From Rhina ancylostomus (lineage: Eukaryota), in assembly GCA_030265395.1 (NCBI GenBank), contig JARFYF010000112.1, positions 13,464,671 through 13,528,670 of the forward strand: a stretch of DNA of 64,000 bases. Direction: 5' to 3'. Below, piece by piece: positions 37,560 to 50,482 of the stretch. The stretch's first letter is position 1. Every line of letters starts with the position of its first letter. The notes below the pieces were generated by a model. It was not told the DNA's origin. It worked only from the letters and a program-made list of their open reading frames with translations, and searched no databases. The translations under genes were made by a program, and so were the position numbers.

Positions 37560-39170
37560 TTTTAAAAAATATTCTTTGACTATGGTGCACCAGCAAGGCT
37601 ACATTTAACACACATATCTACATGGCTTGTAAAATTAGTGAAGTGTCTCCTCCTTGAAATGGTGCAGTGTTTGAGGTAGCGTGTTCCCATAATGGTGCTA
37701 GGTAGGGAATTCCAGAAGATTGACTCAGGGATGTCTTCTTCTCGTCTATTGTCCTCTTTTACTTAAAATGCCAAAAAGAGAAAGACATTTCTTTCTTCAG
37801 CTTTTTTGGTTGCTTATTACAGGCTGACCTGTGAGGGAGAATGCACTCCCACAGAGTGCACACGGCAGAAGATGAAATGGATGGAGAACAGATGGTTGCT
37901 CAGGCACAGATGGCAAAGGTGGCATCAGAAAGAAAATGGAAGGACAGTGGTGTATGGTCGTGTTGGGAGGTGAGTTTGCATCTGATGATGTTCCTATGTC
38001 TTTCGAGACAGAGACAAAGAGACAGACAGATGGTGAGAAGACCTTTCTCTTGATAGAGACTGCAAGGCTGAGAGACCTTGACAACGTAGCTTTGGTGAGG
38101 TGCTGCAATGGATCCTGTAAGTCAGACATACAGCATGTCACCTATGAGACCGTGGGAGCCCGAGTCTGGATGGTATTAAGTTTCTTAAGTGTTGTTGTGG
38201 CTGCAGCCATCCATATTAATAGAAAGTATTCTATCACAGTGCTGGTTTGAGCCATTTTGAGGGATCAGGTAGAGTGGCATTATCATAGAGTACCCAACCT
38301 CTGTCCTGCTTTTATAAATTTGGTGTGAATATAGTTTATCCAGTTGAGCTAAAATCAGTGGTGCCCCCCCCAAAGTTGTTACAAGTTGCTGGGGGAATGG
38401 GGAGGTCAGGACTGGCACTTTTATGGAAGCTCAGCATGCTGATGTTGAGCTAATGTCTGGTATTTATATTGCATTAGGGTTATTTGTCTACCCAGCTTGG
38501 GTGTTATCCAGATCCTGTTGTTGGTTGGTCTGGAGAGCTTCATCATCAGTTGGAGATGAAGGTAGAGATTCCACCCCTACCCACACGACGGAGGAAATGC
38601 TCATGAAATAGCCAGACACCACCTTATGGATGCTTCCCTGCTGAACTCTTGCAACATGCTCCCAATAACCATGACCATCATCCTCGACTACAACTCCAAC
38701 CTCTGAATGATTTTCTTAAACTCCATTTCATTTCACTTTTTCTTGGGTTTTGTGCTGCCACACTCGGTCAAATCTGGACTTGATGATCAGGGGCGGGCAG
38801 CTACCTCCAATCTACAATTTGCCTCTTGCGCCTATGCCTGGATGCTGGAGCTGAGCAAGGGATGTAAGGCATTATATTGACCAAAGTCTTCGCAATGTGA
38901 GGCATGCCTGAAGAATATCATTGTGTTGCTGGTGGGTTATGTAGAAGTTTAATAGTAATCATGACCAGTGATCATTTACTGCTTTCTTCACAATTGCAAA
39001 AATAATGCACAAAAATTTTCCTTACCAGAAGAAACAAATATTTCTCCAGGAATTCTCCTCAGCCAGCTGAAGAATTGTCCTGGTGGGATTTGGACTTGGG
39101 GTACCAGATTGAATGCTAAGGGAATTACTAGTAGGTAGTTATCTGGATGATGGGATTGCCTGCACTTTGT
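37560..39170 (-). mobile_element. Heavily decayed LINE fragments, probably the family of 34800-35040
   Basis: 37560-37735 is a degenerate reverse complement of that 3' end (ggtagggaattccagaagattgactcag). The rest is patchy. Confidence 0.45.
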
Positions 39171-39181
39171 AGAACCAAGTA

Positions 39182-39378
39182 CAGGAAGTCCCCGGGTCAC
39201 GAACGAATTTTGTTTTTGAGACTGTTCGTAACCCGATTTTGTAGGTAACTCGGAACAGTGTCTGCGCATGTGCACTTGGTCAGGGGATCGCAGCAGCACA
39301 TGGGCCCAGCCGTTCATGCGCACTTGGCCATGAAGGTCAGTTCATAAGTATAGGCGTCCGTAAGTCGGGGACTTTCTG
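39182..39378. mobile_element. Tigger/pogo-like (Tc1/mariner superfamily) MITE, 197 bp
   Basis: TIRs CAGGAAGTCCCCGGGTCACGAACG and CGTCCGTAAGTCGGGGACTTTCTG (19/24 complementary). TA on the left, TG on the right; CpG-rich. Confidence 0.85.
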
Positions 39379-39897
39379 TGGATTATTGTTTCACAAATTG
39401 TAAAGGGCCAGATTTTGCTGAGAGGCCTGATCCCAAACTCACCACTCACACTGCCCTTTGCCCAAACTTACCAGCTTCACATCCGCATGGCTTCCCATGT
39501 CGGAGGAGACTGGCACAAGACCAAGCAGTAAGGCCCCGTGTCATGTAGGCCTCGAGGACACATTCAGGAGAAGTAGGTGAGCAGGAAGAGGCACCGACCC
39601 CAAAACTCCAAACTTCTTCCACAGGTGGTGAAGCTACCTCCCTAGCTATGCTCTCTGTCAAAGCTGTCAAGCATTTGTTACTGCTTCTGTGTGGAACTAC
39701 TTACAAAACTCAGTGAAGCATGAACTAGCAGGATTAAATTGGACACGTTGTACAATGGACAGTAATAGGTCATAGACCATAGAGCAAAGTTGAAAATTAA
39801 CACCTCAGCACAAAGGTACTGATTCACGGCAATGACAATGGTGGGTATATCAAAGATTGCCATAGCTATTTCCTCCTTCACAGCTTGAGGCAACATT

Positions 39898-40557
39898 TAT
39901 AGAACATAGAACAGTACAGCACAGAACAGGCCCTTTGGCCCACAATGTTGTGCCGACAAAACTATTCCCTCTTGCCTACAGAATGCCCATATCCGTCCAT
40001 TTTCCTCTCATTTATGTGCCCATCCAAGCCCCTCTTAAAAGAGCCCAATGAGTTTGACTTCACCACCCTATTAGGCAACGCATTCCAGGCATCCACCACT
40101 CTCTGAGTGAAAAACGTACCCCTCACGTCTCTTCTGAACTTACCCCCTCTCACCTTGAATGCACATCCACTGGTATTGGATCGCTCAGTAATGGGAAAAA
40201 GATATTGCATGTCCACCCTGTCTATGCCCCTCATAATTTTATACACTTCCAACAGATCACCCTTCAGCCTCCGACACTCTAGAGAAAAGAGCCCAAGTTT
40301 GTCCAGCCTCTCCTCTAATCCAGGCAGCATCCTAGTAAACCTCCTCTGCACCCTTTCTAAAGCCCCAACATCCTTCCTGTAGTGAGGTGACCAGAACTGC
40401 ACGCAATACTCTAAATGCGGCCTTACCAGAAATCTATAGAGATGCATCATAACTTCTTGACTCCTATACTCAGTACTTCGATTAATAAACACATGCATTC
40501 CATAAACCTTCTTAACCAACCTATCTGCCTGTGTAGCTACTTTCAATGAATCATGGA
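39898..40557 (-). mobile_element. Young CR1 LINE 3' end with an open ORF2 C-terminus
   Basis: HDSLKVATQ...LVRPHLEYCVQFWSPHYRKDVGALERVQRRFTRMLPGL...FFTQRVVDAWNALP; tail (tagaaca)2 on the plus strand; ends at a 100-N gap. Confidence 0.95.
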
Positions 40558-40659
40558 NNNNNNNNNNNNNNNNNNNNNNNNNNNNNNNNNNNNNNNNNNN
40601 NNNNNNNNNNNNNNNNNNNNNNNNNNNNNNNNNNNNNNNNNNNNNNNNNNNNNNNNNCT

Positions 40660-41450
40660 CATACTTTTTCACATTGCGTTCCGCCTTGACCTTGCCCATT
40701 CATTTAATTTGCTTTCATCCCCTGAAGCCTCCCTGTCACTCCCACACAGCCACCTAGCTGTGTACATCATCAAGAAACCTGGATATATTACGCTTGATTT
40801 CCTCATCCAAATCACTGATAGAGATTGTGAACAAGTAAGTCATCTGCACCAGTCCCAGCAGAACTCCTTTGTTTATAGCCACCCAACACAGAAATGGTAT
40901 GTTTATTCCTAGGTTTTATTTTCTGTCTATTAACCGATCCTCAATCCACATCAGTATATAATCCCCAGTACAATGCAATCTAATTTTATTTAATAATCTC
41001 TTGTGTGGCACCCAAGCAAATGCTTTCTGAAAGTCCAAATACACCACATCAATGAATTTGCCTTCATCTATTTTGCTAGTAACAAACTTAAAACATTCTA
41101 ACAGATTTACTAAAATAACCTCCCTCTCATAAACCCATGTTGACTCTGCTCAATCCTATTTTTTACCAAGTGTCTTGTTATCACTTCCTTAATAAAAGGT
41201 TTCAGTATTCACCCTTCACCTGATGTCAAGCTAACCAGTCTATGGTTCTCCTAATTTCTCTCTCCCTCTTTCCTTAGATGGTGAGGTTACATTTGCTATC
41301 TTGCAATCTGTGAGAGACATTTCAGAGTAAATAACATTTTCACAGTCACCTCCTTCAAAATGTTATCATGTAGATTGTGAAGTCCTCTAATACCAATTTT
41401 TTGCTAATGCTAATTTCTTTAAGCTTCTCATTCACTCTAGACCACTATTT
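40660..41450 (-). mobile_element. Older CR1 ORF2 fragment
   Basis: aaatgctttctgaaagtccaaatacaccacatc is the reverse complement of DVVYLDFQKAF; gatgtcaagctaaccagtctatgg is the reverse complement of HRLVSLTS. Confidence 0.85.
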
Positions 41451-42014
41451 CTAGGGGATGCTGTGTGTGTCCTTCACCCCAAAAATAACTTTCAACACGT
41501 GCAGTTAAAGGGTAGTGAGCTGCAGGGATGCAGATCAAGTACAGAAACTGGGATGAGGTTTGATAGCTCTTTTCCAGCTGGTGCAAACCCAAGAGGCTGA
41601 ATAGCCACCAATTTTCTGTAAATTTTCCACAATTCTATAGCAACATCAAAGTGTCCAGATCTACATTTATTGAAGGGAAGTATTTGCACGTCAAAGATGA
41701 CTGCATTCTAGAGACAGAGCCTTTAGATTCCTGTGGTAATTGTATTCCAAATATAGAAATTCATAAAAGTAGTTCTATAAATAATTCAAAGCGATCACTG
41801 AAAAAATAGTTACTGGCTTCCCTTAGCTTTGGAAGATAGATATTTTACTGGCTTATTCTGAAGTGTTCCTTATAGAAAGCAGAGAGCATCATATAATTGC
41901 ACCAAAAATATTACGTTTCACAGAAAACATTTCAAAGGCCAAAAGCATGAACAGTTACTCTGAGGTAGTGTTCATTTCACGTTAGCTCTGAAGAGTCAAC
42001 AATGGTTTTGGTGT

Positions 42015-42310
42015 CAGCACAATGGTGAGTTTGAATGTTCAAGACCCACTCAGGGTGCGCTACACTGTTGGATGTGCTGTCTTTCAGACTGAGGTCCAAC
42101 TGCCCTGTCATGTGTTTGTAATATATATAAAATGATAGTTTTGCAAAGACAGTGGATGAGATATTTTCCCTATGAAATATTTATCCTTCATAATTTGACC
42201 TGTAATCATACAGATTATTTGGTCACTGTCATGTTATGATCATGGGAGCTTCCTACTGGTAAACTGGTCACTGTATTTTCCACATTGCAACAGTCGTCTG
42301 GATATCAAAG
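42015..42310 (+). mobile_element. SacSINE1/Deu-SINE-like SINE, decayed
   Basis: cactgttggatgtgctgtctttcagactgag...cagattatttggtcactgtcatgtt...tgtattttccacattgcaacagt. Confidence 0.6.
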
Positions 42311-42724
42311 AGATGTAGAATGATCAGTTCTTTTATTTTTGTTACTATGATTACTATTGATTGCTATTTAGCCTTGAATTCTGGTTATTAACATTAGAAT
42401 TTCACACCATATCTGATCACTGATATTCAGGAAGTGAACCACTAGTTTTTTTAGAAATAGTACAAGACCACCCAGTGAAGAAGCCACAACAAATGAGAAA
42501 ACAAAAGGCATACTTTATCAGTGGTAGGAGATGATTTCCCCATCACATCTGCAGAATCAACTAGAATCAAGAAAGACCCTGTTCTGAGATAGTGTCCAAA
42601 TACATATTAAATGAGTGAGCAGATTCAGACTCAAATCTGAATGAACCCATGAAACTATTTCATCATAGACACAATGGATTGTCCATCAACCAGGGCTACA
42701 AAAGGTGGGGTCAGAGGATTATGG

Positions 42725-43030
42725 TAGAGTTATAGAGTTATCCAGCCCAATTTATCCATGTCAACCAAGTTGCCTACCTGAGCTAGTCCCATTGGCCTGC
42801 ATTTTGCCCATATCCCTCAAAATCTTTCATATCCATGTACCTCTCTGAATGTCTTTTAAACTATGTAATTGTACCCCCTCTACCACTTCCTCTGCTAACT
42901 CATTCCATATACCCACCATTCTCTGTGTAAAAAAAACTTGCCCCTCTAGTCCCCTTTAAATCTTTTTCCTCTCAGCTTAAACCTATGCCCTCTAGTTTTA
43001 GATTCCCCAACCCTGGGGAGAAAGACTATC
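42725..43030 (-). mobile_element. CR1 LINE 3' end
   Basis: ctagtcccattggcctgc...ttccatatacccaccattctctgtgtaaaaaa...cccctttaaatc...cttaaacctatgccctctagt. Confidence 0.85.
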
Positions 43031-43099
43031 ATACAGAAAAAAATTCTGTGCAGAGTACTTAAGTATAATAATCAATAATGCAGTGGCTAAATGGTTTAT

Positions 43100-44520
43100 C
43101 TATTGACTGGGCATAATCAACAATATAGGAGAGCCAGCCTATGGATGTACAGAAAGTTATGACTATAGTATGCAAATTTCAAAAGCAGCACTCCAGGTGT
43201 GGAAGTGGCTTACAATTCCATTCCACCAAATCCAGATTACTGTGAAGATTGGACAATTTTGTAATATTAATTAAGAGCCATTTATGTCACAATGTTGAAC
43301 AAAGAGCAAGCTCACAGAGAACCCAAATTGGCACACTGGTACAAGACTGGAGTCAGGATACTTCCTCAGGACCAAACACGGACAGCACCTGGAAGGAATC
43401 TTGCCTCAGAGAGCTGAGGAGGAATCCCAACATGAACTGAATCTTCAAACAGGAATAGAGAACACAGGAATGCTCTAGAGGAGTCAGGAGCCAAGAGCCA
43501 GAGTATACCCAAAGGTTCACCAATACTCTGGCAACTAGTGCTAGAGAAACCCAGGTACTTATGCTAGGACCCTGATGGGGCTCAGGTGTGTGTCATTATG
43601 CAATCAGTCCAGTATGGAATCCACATGCTATACAACAGGGCATCTAAGGAGCCAAATCATGCGCCAGTAATCAGAACCATGACAATTTAAAGTGGGTTAT
43701 TGCAGCACTGAAGGAAGTATGGTAGTAATATTAAGATCATTCTTTACCACAGATGAACTTCCAATAGAAGTAGTATCAGATATGGTCCACTGTTTAAGAC
43801 ATCTTGTGCAAACAATTCATAAAGAGCATTGAAATAAAGCACTACTTCATTTCTCCTTATCAATGGGAAAGCAGAAAGGTCAGTTTGCACAGCGGTAGAA
43901 GAAATGGGCTATGGAAGGTCAATCAAATTTCACTATGAAACATCGATTTGCATCATTTCTTCTAAGCTGCAGGACAAGATTCTACAACAAGATATACTCC
44001 TGTTGAAATATTAATGAATAGAAGACTCAGAGCCTAGCTAAGTTTCATCCAACCAAGTTTGGAAGGAAAATTAAAGGAGAGGCAATAACAAAAGCAAAAT
44101 CATGAGACAAGTTGTACGAAGAGGTTCAATCCGCATTCATCTTCATGTACTAAGACCACCCCACACGAGAGGTGAGAAGAAGGGATAATGGAGATAGTAC
44201 TGATATACAGGCCTAGAAAATATCATGTAGGTTGGAGAGAACTTCTGTGAAGTATATGTTCACCACATTATAGTGGTGAATGAGACGCAGGAAAGTAGCA
44301 AAGTGGAATGAGAGATTGAAATTTTTTCTGAAGTAGGTCCAATATTGTTCAAGTGGAGGCAGCATGTGATATTTCTGAGATCAGATATGGATGAAACTCC
44401 AACAACATCTGGTGAAACTACAACTTCAACACAAGTAACACTGGCACCTTTGTGAAGATCACAAAAATTGCAGAAGCCAGGGATGTGGTTAAGTTTAGAA
44501 TTACGCAAAACCCCGGTTCA
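43100..44520 (+). mobile_element. Ty3/Gypsy integrase relic, split by a solo LTR
   Basis: LQVWKWLTIPFHQI...SH|LKW, LRSFFTTDELPIEVVSD(.)GPLF, NGKAERSV and TPVEILMNRRLR, all with stops and frameshifts. Confidence 0.75.
43285..43684. mobile_element. Solo LTR (400 bp) with a 5-bp target-site duplication
   Basis: Termini TGTCA...TGACA, flanked on both sides by ATTTA (43280-43284 and 43685-43689). Confidence 0.8.
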
Positions 44521-44561
44521 GGTTTTCTTACTCTTACAAATAGTGGATGCAGTGCAGCTTG

Positions 44562-44802
44562 TGTAATATGGTTGTGAACAAGGATTGTCAGTTTACGGTG
44601 ACCCCTTTTAGGGATTTTGAGATGTGATGAGCTGCTTTTTAAATAACAACGTTTGTAAGAATTACCACACTCAGTCAGTGAAGAGCCCTGAATATACCAC
44701 ACAAGCTTGTTTGAGCACTTCATGCCTTATGCGTATAAATCTCAATCCTCTGCAATAGACTTCATTAGAGATTAAGAACTCATTGAGAACACATACATTA
44801 CA
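44562..44802 (+). mobile_element. Candidate 3' LTR of the Gypsy relic
   Basis: TGTAATATG...CATACATTACA termini immediately after the end of the integrase remnant. Confidence 0.45.
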
Positions 44803-45459
44803 ATACTCATAGCATTAAAAATTTGTCTGAGCCATCCCAGCAGCAGAAATGTATGGAACGTGATGACACCAGCCATGAAGCAGCCCTGAGAAAAATGGCC
44901 ATATTCCATTAATGTATAACAATATACTTCCTGTCAAACATTTATTCCAAACTCTTAATTTGAAGGAATAAAGCTGATGCAATCAAGTGTTTAGTGAAAT
45001 ATTTTGGAATGTTGAGCTGATTGCTACTGGAACAGACAATTGTGCTCTTTGAGCATGCCGGTATTGAAGAAGTAAGTGCTTTATGGTATCTCTTTCAAAG
45101 AGCTATTGTTCCTGCGACCTGAGCATGCAGTTAATCACAAAGTGACTTGGTGTCAGAGAATGCTGCATTTCAGAGAGAACACTGACAGTAGCATGAAGGA
45201 GAGGGAAAATGGAAGCTGACTTCCCAAGTTGTCCTCTCATTAAGTATGAACATAATAACTGTGTAGAACCCCAATCACAACACTAGAACTTGTCCATTCA
45301 GATAAACATACAAAAAGGTAAGTATTTAAATAATATTAAAGAGATGCTTGGTTACATGAAAAAAGTTGGAAGTCGGTAGATCATTTAATTGGATGACCCT
45401 GAAACAGAAATAGGACACCTTGTCTCCTGAAACAAAATGAAACCAAGTACCAAACTTAC

Positions 45460-45574
45460 CTTTTCCCAGGTACGCTCTTTGTTCAGTACTATCACCACTA
45501 GCTTTGGGTTGGACTGATATCCATCCCGAGTGAAGGAAAGATCTCTGCCATTCCAGGATACATTCATCATAAAC
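45460..45574 (-). CDS. GRIN2A: GluN2A exon (115 bp, equivalent to human exon 4)
   Basis: Acceptor ctcAG|G and donor AAG|GTAAGT. Encodes [38 protein letters not shown]. Phase completes the AA|G Lys codon from the upstream exon. Confidence 0.96.
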
Positions 45575-46869
45575 CTGAGGAATGAATGGAGAACAGTTAA
45601 TGTTAATCTGTCCATCATCAAGTTCAAAAGCTTTGAATAATGAAATATGCTATTGTACCTGAACTAGCTTTTGTAGTCTAAAATGTAACATCTGAACTAT
45701 ACTCTAAAGATTAACAAATCGATATTTTTCTAATGATGCAACAGTATGGCTATATGCAAGTAATTCTATGTGACACTTGAATTAATTCCTAATACTTCAT
45801 CCAGGCTATAAATAAAATATAATAAATAAAGCATGAGATGTTCTACCACTGACTTCACAATTGCATCACCAACAGGAAATCTTTGAGCTCAATCTTAGCA
45901 TTAGTGCTGGGATCATAAACTAGGGATATTTTGGAGTGCATTATTTAACACAATAATAAAGCATTTCACATGATGTTATCAGTACATACATATTGGTTAT
46001 ATAATGTGTTTACTTGGAAATCCATACATAAATAATTATACTAACTTGACAGTTTTATCATTATTTATTCATGGTAAAAATGTTATTGTTTTTATACAAG
46101 CAGTTCATTTTTGTTATTTCAGGGGATCATTGCATTATCAAACATTAATTATAAGTTTGCAACAGATAATTTGTAATCTTTTGTTTGCAATATTAAAGCA
46201 ATTAGGTAATTTCTGACTCTTGGATTTTACAATACAGGAAAATATAAGATCCTATTTCAAAGAAATAAATAAACACAAAAAAGTGTGAATTTGTTGTAGA
46301 ATCAAAGCTAATTATGATAAACCCATACGAATAGCAAATTGTTTTCACAAGAACTTCAGATAAAGTTTACAGTGACAAATGATGCAGGTTTTTTCTGAAA
46401 AGAACACGCTCTGGTATGAATTTGTAATAAAAAGGATTTGTTTGATATGGATGTTCTGGAAATGCTCCTGCAATTCCCAGATATCTTTGTTCAAACAGCT
46501 GAAAGATTTTACATATCTGTGGAAACAGTCAATTTGTAAATGTTCTTTCTTTGTCTCCAGAGGCTTTGAGGAGATAAACGCGATTTGGATTATCATACTT
46601 GGACGTTTCATGGATTGCATTGTTTGTTATTCTTGTGGTTTGGGTAATAATAGAAATTGCTATTTTATGTGACAGCTAACTGTTAAAATCAAGTTGATAC
46701 AAATGAAAGGGCAAGGAAATATTATCACTCCCTATTATGAATGATGGAAACAGTCATCAGACAGTTCTCTAGCTAAGTCCACATAGGTTTCAGCATCCAT
46801 GTAATTCCTTTATTTCTTTTCTTTGCACTCCATTTTTTGGACAGCACCTGCTTCAAGATTAAGGAGGAC

Positions 46870-47640
46870 AATCTTCTATCTCAACATTACTTTCCCACCC
46901 AATTCCCATCAACCACCAAATTGCATTTCTACCAGTCTCTATCTAAAAAATAATCAGTAATTGAGCACCTGCAGCTCCTTGTGGTGAAGAAGATTTCCTA
47001 AGATTCACAGCCCTCTGAGTGAAGAAGTCCCTCCAAAAGTTTATTTTACAAGGACGATCCCCTTATCCTGAGATTATGGTGTTTAGCTCCCGCCAATTTC
47101 TCACCTTCCACCATGTCAAGACCTTTCAGAATCTTACATATTTCAATGAGATTAATAAATTTGCATTTATATAGCAAGCTCATGGAGTTCCAAACTACTT
47201 TAAGATCTGTGAAGTACTTTTGAAGTGCAATTACTGTTGCAATATGAAGAAACTCAGCAGCTAATTTGTGTACAGCAAACCCCCACAAGCAGTTTTCAAA
47301 TGATGAACAAATTATCTGTTTTTATTTATTTAAAAGCAGAAAATGCTTGAATACTCAGCAGGTCAGGTAGTATCTAAGGAGAAAGATAACCGAAATAACA
47401 TTACAGGCTGATGATTTTTTAATCAAAACTGGCTGGTTCTAACATTATCTGGAAAGTCTGCTTTTCTGAAATTGCTGGCTTCAATATCAAGCCCTGAGGA
47501 CAATAGGTGAGATGAGACCAACCAGTGGGGTAAAATTCCATCTTTACCACAGAGGCAGTCATCTGGAACAACAAAGTGCCCAACTGTTACAAAAACCATC
47601 TGGTTACTGTCCATTTAAATCAATGGAATAAAAATCTGTA
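46870..47640 (-). mobile_element. Cluster of short minus-strand fragments: CR1 (46870-47150), Deu-SINE tail (47155-47330), Penelope terminus (47330-47430), second-family SINE (47445-47640)
   Basis: agattcacagccctctgagtgaagaa; aatttgcatttatatagc...taatttgtgtacagcaaacccccac; gcagaaaatgcttgaatactcagcaggtcagg; caactgttacaaaaaccatctggttactgtcc. Confidence 0.6.
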
Positions 47641-47714
47641 ATGGACAGATGATCCACTCCATTGGATTAACCTCCATAGGATGGACACAAAAAATATTAT
47701 CGCAGTGTCAAATT

Positions 47715-49866
47715 TCTCATAAGAACATAATAGAAACAGGAGTAGGTCATTTGACCCTAATGCTTTTTCTGTCATTCAGTAAGATCATGGCTGATCTTTT
47801 ACCTCAGCTCCAACTTCTTGCACTAACCCCATAACCCTCGATAACATCAAAAAATCTTTCAGCTTCTTTCTTGAATGTACTCAACAATTAAGTGTCCATG
47901 GCTGTATTGTATAGAGAATTCCAGATTCACTACCAGCTGGGCAAAGAAACTGCTTCGTATTGATATCCTGAATGGTTGACGGCTAGGGGAAACTCCAACT
48001 GTTCACCTATCCTTCAAGACCCTTAAGACTTTTTTTCATTTTACTGAGCTCACCTCTTATTCTTCAACCATCAAGAGAGCATAGCTTACTTAATTCCTTT
48101 TCATATAGCAGAACCTCAATTCCAGGAATCAATCTGGTGAACCTGTCACAAGTATTTCCCTCCTATCACAAATATTTCCTTCCTAAGTTAAGGAGGATGG
48201 ACCTGCACACAATACTCCAGATATGGTCTCACCAGGGCTCTGTATAATTAGAGCAAAGTGTCTCTACTCTTGCATTCAAATGCTCTTACATTAAAATCCA
48301 ATGCACAATTTGCCTTACTAATTGATTGCTCTATCTGCACCTTAATTTTCAGTGATTTATTCTCAAGGACACCCAAGTCCTTCTGAACAACTCATTTTTC
48401 AAACTCTCACCACTTAAAAAAGACTGATCTTTTCCACTTTTTCTACCTAAGTAGATGACTGCATATTTTTCCACATTATATCCCATCTGTCAGCTCCTTG
48501 TCCATATATTTAACTAATACAAATCTCCCTGTAGTTTCTCTGCATCCTTCTCACAGCTCACACTGCCACCTGACTTTTGATCCTCTCATCTAAATCTTTT
48601 ATATAGATTATGAACAGCTGAGAACATAAAGTGGTCCCTGTGGTACTTCACTGGTCACAGCCTCCAAACCCACAAATGAACCATTTATTCCTACTCCTTG
48701 TTTTCAGTCCATTAACCAATTATCAATCCACAACAGTATATTACACCCACTGCTAGCCATTATAATTTTGTTTAATCACCTTTTAGGCCATAAGATATAG
48801 GACCAGAATTAGACCATTTGGCCCATCAAGTCCGCTCCGCCAAGGCTGATTTTTTTTTCTTTCAACCCCATTCTCCTGCCTTCTCCCCGTAACCCTTAAC
48901 CCCCTTACCAATCAAGAACCTATCAACCTCTGCCTTAAATACACCCATTGACTTGGCCTCCACAGGCCTCTATGGCAACAAATTCCACAGATTCACTATA
49001 TCCAGACCTTTCAGTATTTGGTAATCAGTATTCAACCCAAAATGGGGTTGTCTTTTAAAAAATGTTGTCTTTAAAACATGAGAAATAAAACTAAAAAGGT
49101 TAACTCTATCCTGTGAGCATATTCCAACACTCGACAAGATCTACTGCATTCACTCTCCTGCAAAAGAAATACTTTTGTGTGTCACCTTTACACACGCCTC
49201 CTGAAAATCCAAATACAGCTCAGCAACTGGTTTGCTCTCATTTATTCTGCTCATCACACTCTGAAAAAAAACCCTCCAACAGATTTGTCCAGAATGGCAT
49301 TCTTTTCATATATTCATATTCACTGATACTACTGATATCAGGCTAATTTGACTATGATTCCCTGTTTTCTCTCTTCTTCTTTTCTTACACAGTGGGTTTA
49401 CATTTGTTACATTACAATCCGGAAATGATAGGTTTGAAATGACAACCTGTGCATCCTCTGCCTCCATAGCCACCTCCTTCAAACTGCAGGATTCATGTCT
49501 TCATGTTTATTACCAGTTAATTTTATTAAAGCATTTTTTACTTCAGAACATGTAGTTCTCCACTATTTCCAGTTGATCTTCTGTGCCTTCTTTCCTGAAT
49601 ATTTGTCTCATATTCCTGCCATTTCCTTGCCTCCCAATAGAATTTCTACTGTCTCAGTCTACAGGGGATCCACATTAACATCAGCTAATCTTTTCCTTTT
49701 GACGTATCTAGAGAAGCTTTTATGTGTTTTGCTTGCCTACTCTCAAACTTTACTTTCATTCTCTTCATTGATATTTTGGTCCCCCTTTGCTGAATTCTGA
49801 ACTTTGGCAGTTCTATGAGCCTTTTCCTTTGATCTAAGACTTTTTAATTTCTTGAAAGCCATGGCT
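47715..49866 (-). mobile_element. Long decayed CR1 LINE with a younger CR1 3' end nested at ~48788-49005
   Basis: cataagaacataatagaaacaggagtaggtc tail, ctgcacacaatactccagatatggtctcaccagggc (ALVRPYLEYCVQ), and a second tail ccataagatataggaccagaattagaccatt. Confidence 0.85.
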
Positions 49867-50303
49867 NNNNNNNNNNNNNNNNNNNNNNNNNNNNNNNNNN
49901 NNNNNNNNNNNNNNNNNNNNNNNNNNNNNNNNNNNNNNNNNNNNNNNNNNNNNNNNNNNNNNNNNNNNNNNNNNNNNNNNNNNNNNNNNNNNNNNNNNNN
50001 NNNNNNNNNNNNNNNNNNNNNNNNNNNNNNNNNNNNGGCTTGATTATTGTCATGCCATATATAGATTTGAGTTGGCTACTTACCATAGACAACTCACATC
50101 TATATAATGTACTTTATTAAGCTTTATGGCCTTGGTTACAGATTGAGTTCATTTCTTTCATGAATTGAAGCAATCAATAAGCTTAGAATGAAGCTAATAA
50201 CAGGAAATATCATAAGAGAGTAACTTATTATTATCCGTCATTCATAGATTTATAGACCAGGAATACCCTCTCTCTAAATGTTACATCAATGTGCAGCATT
50301 ATT

Positions 50304-50482
50304 CTGAAACATAACCAGAAAATGCTTTAAAATATTCAACTGGCCTGGCAGCATCTGTGCAGCGAAATATTAATGTTTCTGGCTAATGACCTCACCAATC
50401 TAAAACATGGCTCCGATTCTCTCTGTGCAGATGCTGTCTGAACTGCTAAATATTTTCAGCATGTTCTGTCCTTATTTCAAAT
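50304..50482. repeat. Inverted pair of Penelope-like termini
   Basis: 50304-50366 (cagaaaatgct...ggcagcatctgtgcag) is an imperfect reverse complement of 50418-50480 (ctgtgcagatgctgtc...cagcatgttctg). Confidence 0.7.

Noticed and set aside
39962-40699. 245-aa ORF as a host gene
   Set aside because: CR1 ORF2 C-terminus joined across a 100-N gap.
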